A stretch of DNA of 64,000 nucleotides, taken from contig JBITNC010000002.1 of assembly GCA_050084985.1 (NCBI GenBank), positions 21,142,001 through 21,206,000 on the forward strand, in the 5' to 3' direction. The DNA comes from Nageia nagi. Lineage: Eukaryota; Plantae; Pinophyta. This document shows, one piece after another, positions 62,490 to 64,000 of the stretch. A model generated the notes under the pieces. It was not told the DNA's origin. It made no database searches and worked only from the letters and a program-made list of their open reading frames with translations. The first letter of the stretch is position 1, and every line of letters begins with the position of its first letter. A program made the translations under genes and the position numbers.

Positions 62490-63730
62490 TTAAGCAGAGG
62501 CGCCGCATGTATAACAGCCATTTCCTCCAATATCAGTTTGATTGATCTGCAGTCCACAATCATATAAACCTCCTATCTTCCATGTTGAAGGAAGAACAGC
62601 ACCTTTGGCCCATAACGTATCTTCGTCGTCCCCAGATATTACTACTAGTCGAAATTGCAGATCACCGTTTGGAGGGTTGCTTATGTCCCATACTGCCCCA
62701 AAATTCGGTGCTAACGACTCCCAGTTCTCTTTATCAACCTGCAGATATCGATACAGACACAAACCAAATAAAATATAAAACATCGTTTATGTTTTTCCGA
62801 CCTTGTCGGATTCGATATTTAAACAAGCTAATAGAAACCACTAATGTGCCACTTTACCGTAGCAACCTCGACGGCAACAATCTCTGTTTGGCCTCCTTGG
62901 TACAAGAATTCCAAAGCAATGTAGTACGGATATTGACTAATTTCATGCACCTTTACTGTTAGATTGAGACCCTTGTACTCGCAGAAGATCCTGCACAAAC
63001 AATACGAAGAAAAATTGACAACTTATAATCTCGCAGATTAAGAAGTGTTTTAAAAAAATGGTTACAAGTGACAACCTTTTGTATTCGATATCGATGATAC
63101 CAGCATGTACAAGCTCAGAGCTCCTGTTTGGCAAAGCCAAGCTCTCGAATGTGTACTTGGGTGTAACAAACTCCGTCTGGTCATTTGAGGTCATGTCTGT
63201 CACCACTATTTTTGCTCCTGACTCGCTGCATAGATCGGGATCCAGGCATCTTATCTGGGTAACAAAGTTCAACAATATATTTCCGTTGTATCTAAAACTG
63301 AATGTCAAATAATCATGTGTGGTATTAATTCCTTGTTTTAGGTCATGAAGAGGTGTATGTGTGGGTGTAGTATTACCTGATAGCATATGCTGCATCCTCT
63401 TCCGCTTTTGTACATGGAGGGGCTGACAGCCGCTACATTACCGCTCTGGAAAGTTTCTGCAGATGCCCCAAAGCCACACGCCCCCACTGCAATTTCACTA
63501 GTAATCAATACTCCCTACACATAAGTAGTTTGCATATCATAATAAAAATGATTAAATCATGAATGTGTAGCGCCACCTTTTACAGCCTCATCGCTATAAT
63601 AGTAAGCGAGTTTAGAACGATGGGTGCAGCACACGGCTCCCAACACCGGGCTTAGAAATAAAATAATTGCGAATCCCATCAAATAAATTACAATTGCATG
63701 CGACCAAGAAATTACTGAATAGCTTGTCAT
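62490..63730 (-). CDS. EXLA: Expansin-like A protein, 274 aa, 5 exons (paralog of 17081-18360)
   Basis: Exons 63730-63577, 63486-63377, 63254-63076, 62990-62858, 62738-62490 total 825 nt, with the same internal exon sizes (110/179/133) and phases as the other copy. Motifs CTHRSKLAYY, GACGFG, GRGCSICYQIRC, FLYQGGQTEI, GAVW, WKIGGLYDCGLQI. An in-frame upstream ATG at 63787 is an alternative start. Confidence 0.92.
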
Positions 63731-64000
63731 CGCAAAGGTCGATACTTCTTCTGCTTCAAATTTGATTTGAATTACGGGAAGTACCATATAAATAAAGCAG
63801 TAAGAGACATGTTTTTTTTATAGAGGGACGTGAAGTTTAAACTTACTGATTGAGATATTAATGGATGTGGAGCAACTAATCTTGGAAGGCACCTTACAGA
63901 GGACTGACTTCTAAGGCATCTCACTCGAGAAAACGAATTGATAGCGAGGAGAGCGTGAAAAGGTTACCTCAGGGAGGACACGTAGTGTGGGTATTTTCAC

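Noticed and set aside
62943-63395. 150-aa ORF as a stand-alone gene
   Set aside because: It is EXLA exon 3 read through flanking introns.

Overview
This is AT-rich, CpG-depleted plant nuclear DNA; a large-genome gymnosperm (conifer-like) source is an inference from the TE content and decay pattern. The only host genes are a minus-strand tandem cluster of expansin-like A (EXLA) genes: two intact 5-exon copies (17081-18360, 279 aa; 62490-63730, 274 aa), one pseudogene (~11555-12263), and duplicated 3' flanks. Most of the remaining sequence I could assign is transposon-derived. It includes a very young Ty1/Copia with identical 274-bp LTRs and a TGTAT TSD (42751-48504), and an older Copia (~28490-34967) whose 1-kb 3' non-coding region holds eight covarying hairpin repeats inside nested closing stems, the most striking unexplained structure here. 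Also present are several decayed Copia/SIRE elements, a small non-autonomous CRM-type Gypsy element, L1 ORF1 remnants, and a decayed Sola2-like DNA transposon with a possible convergent companion gene. All coordinates and translations were read by eye; no searches or folding were run.
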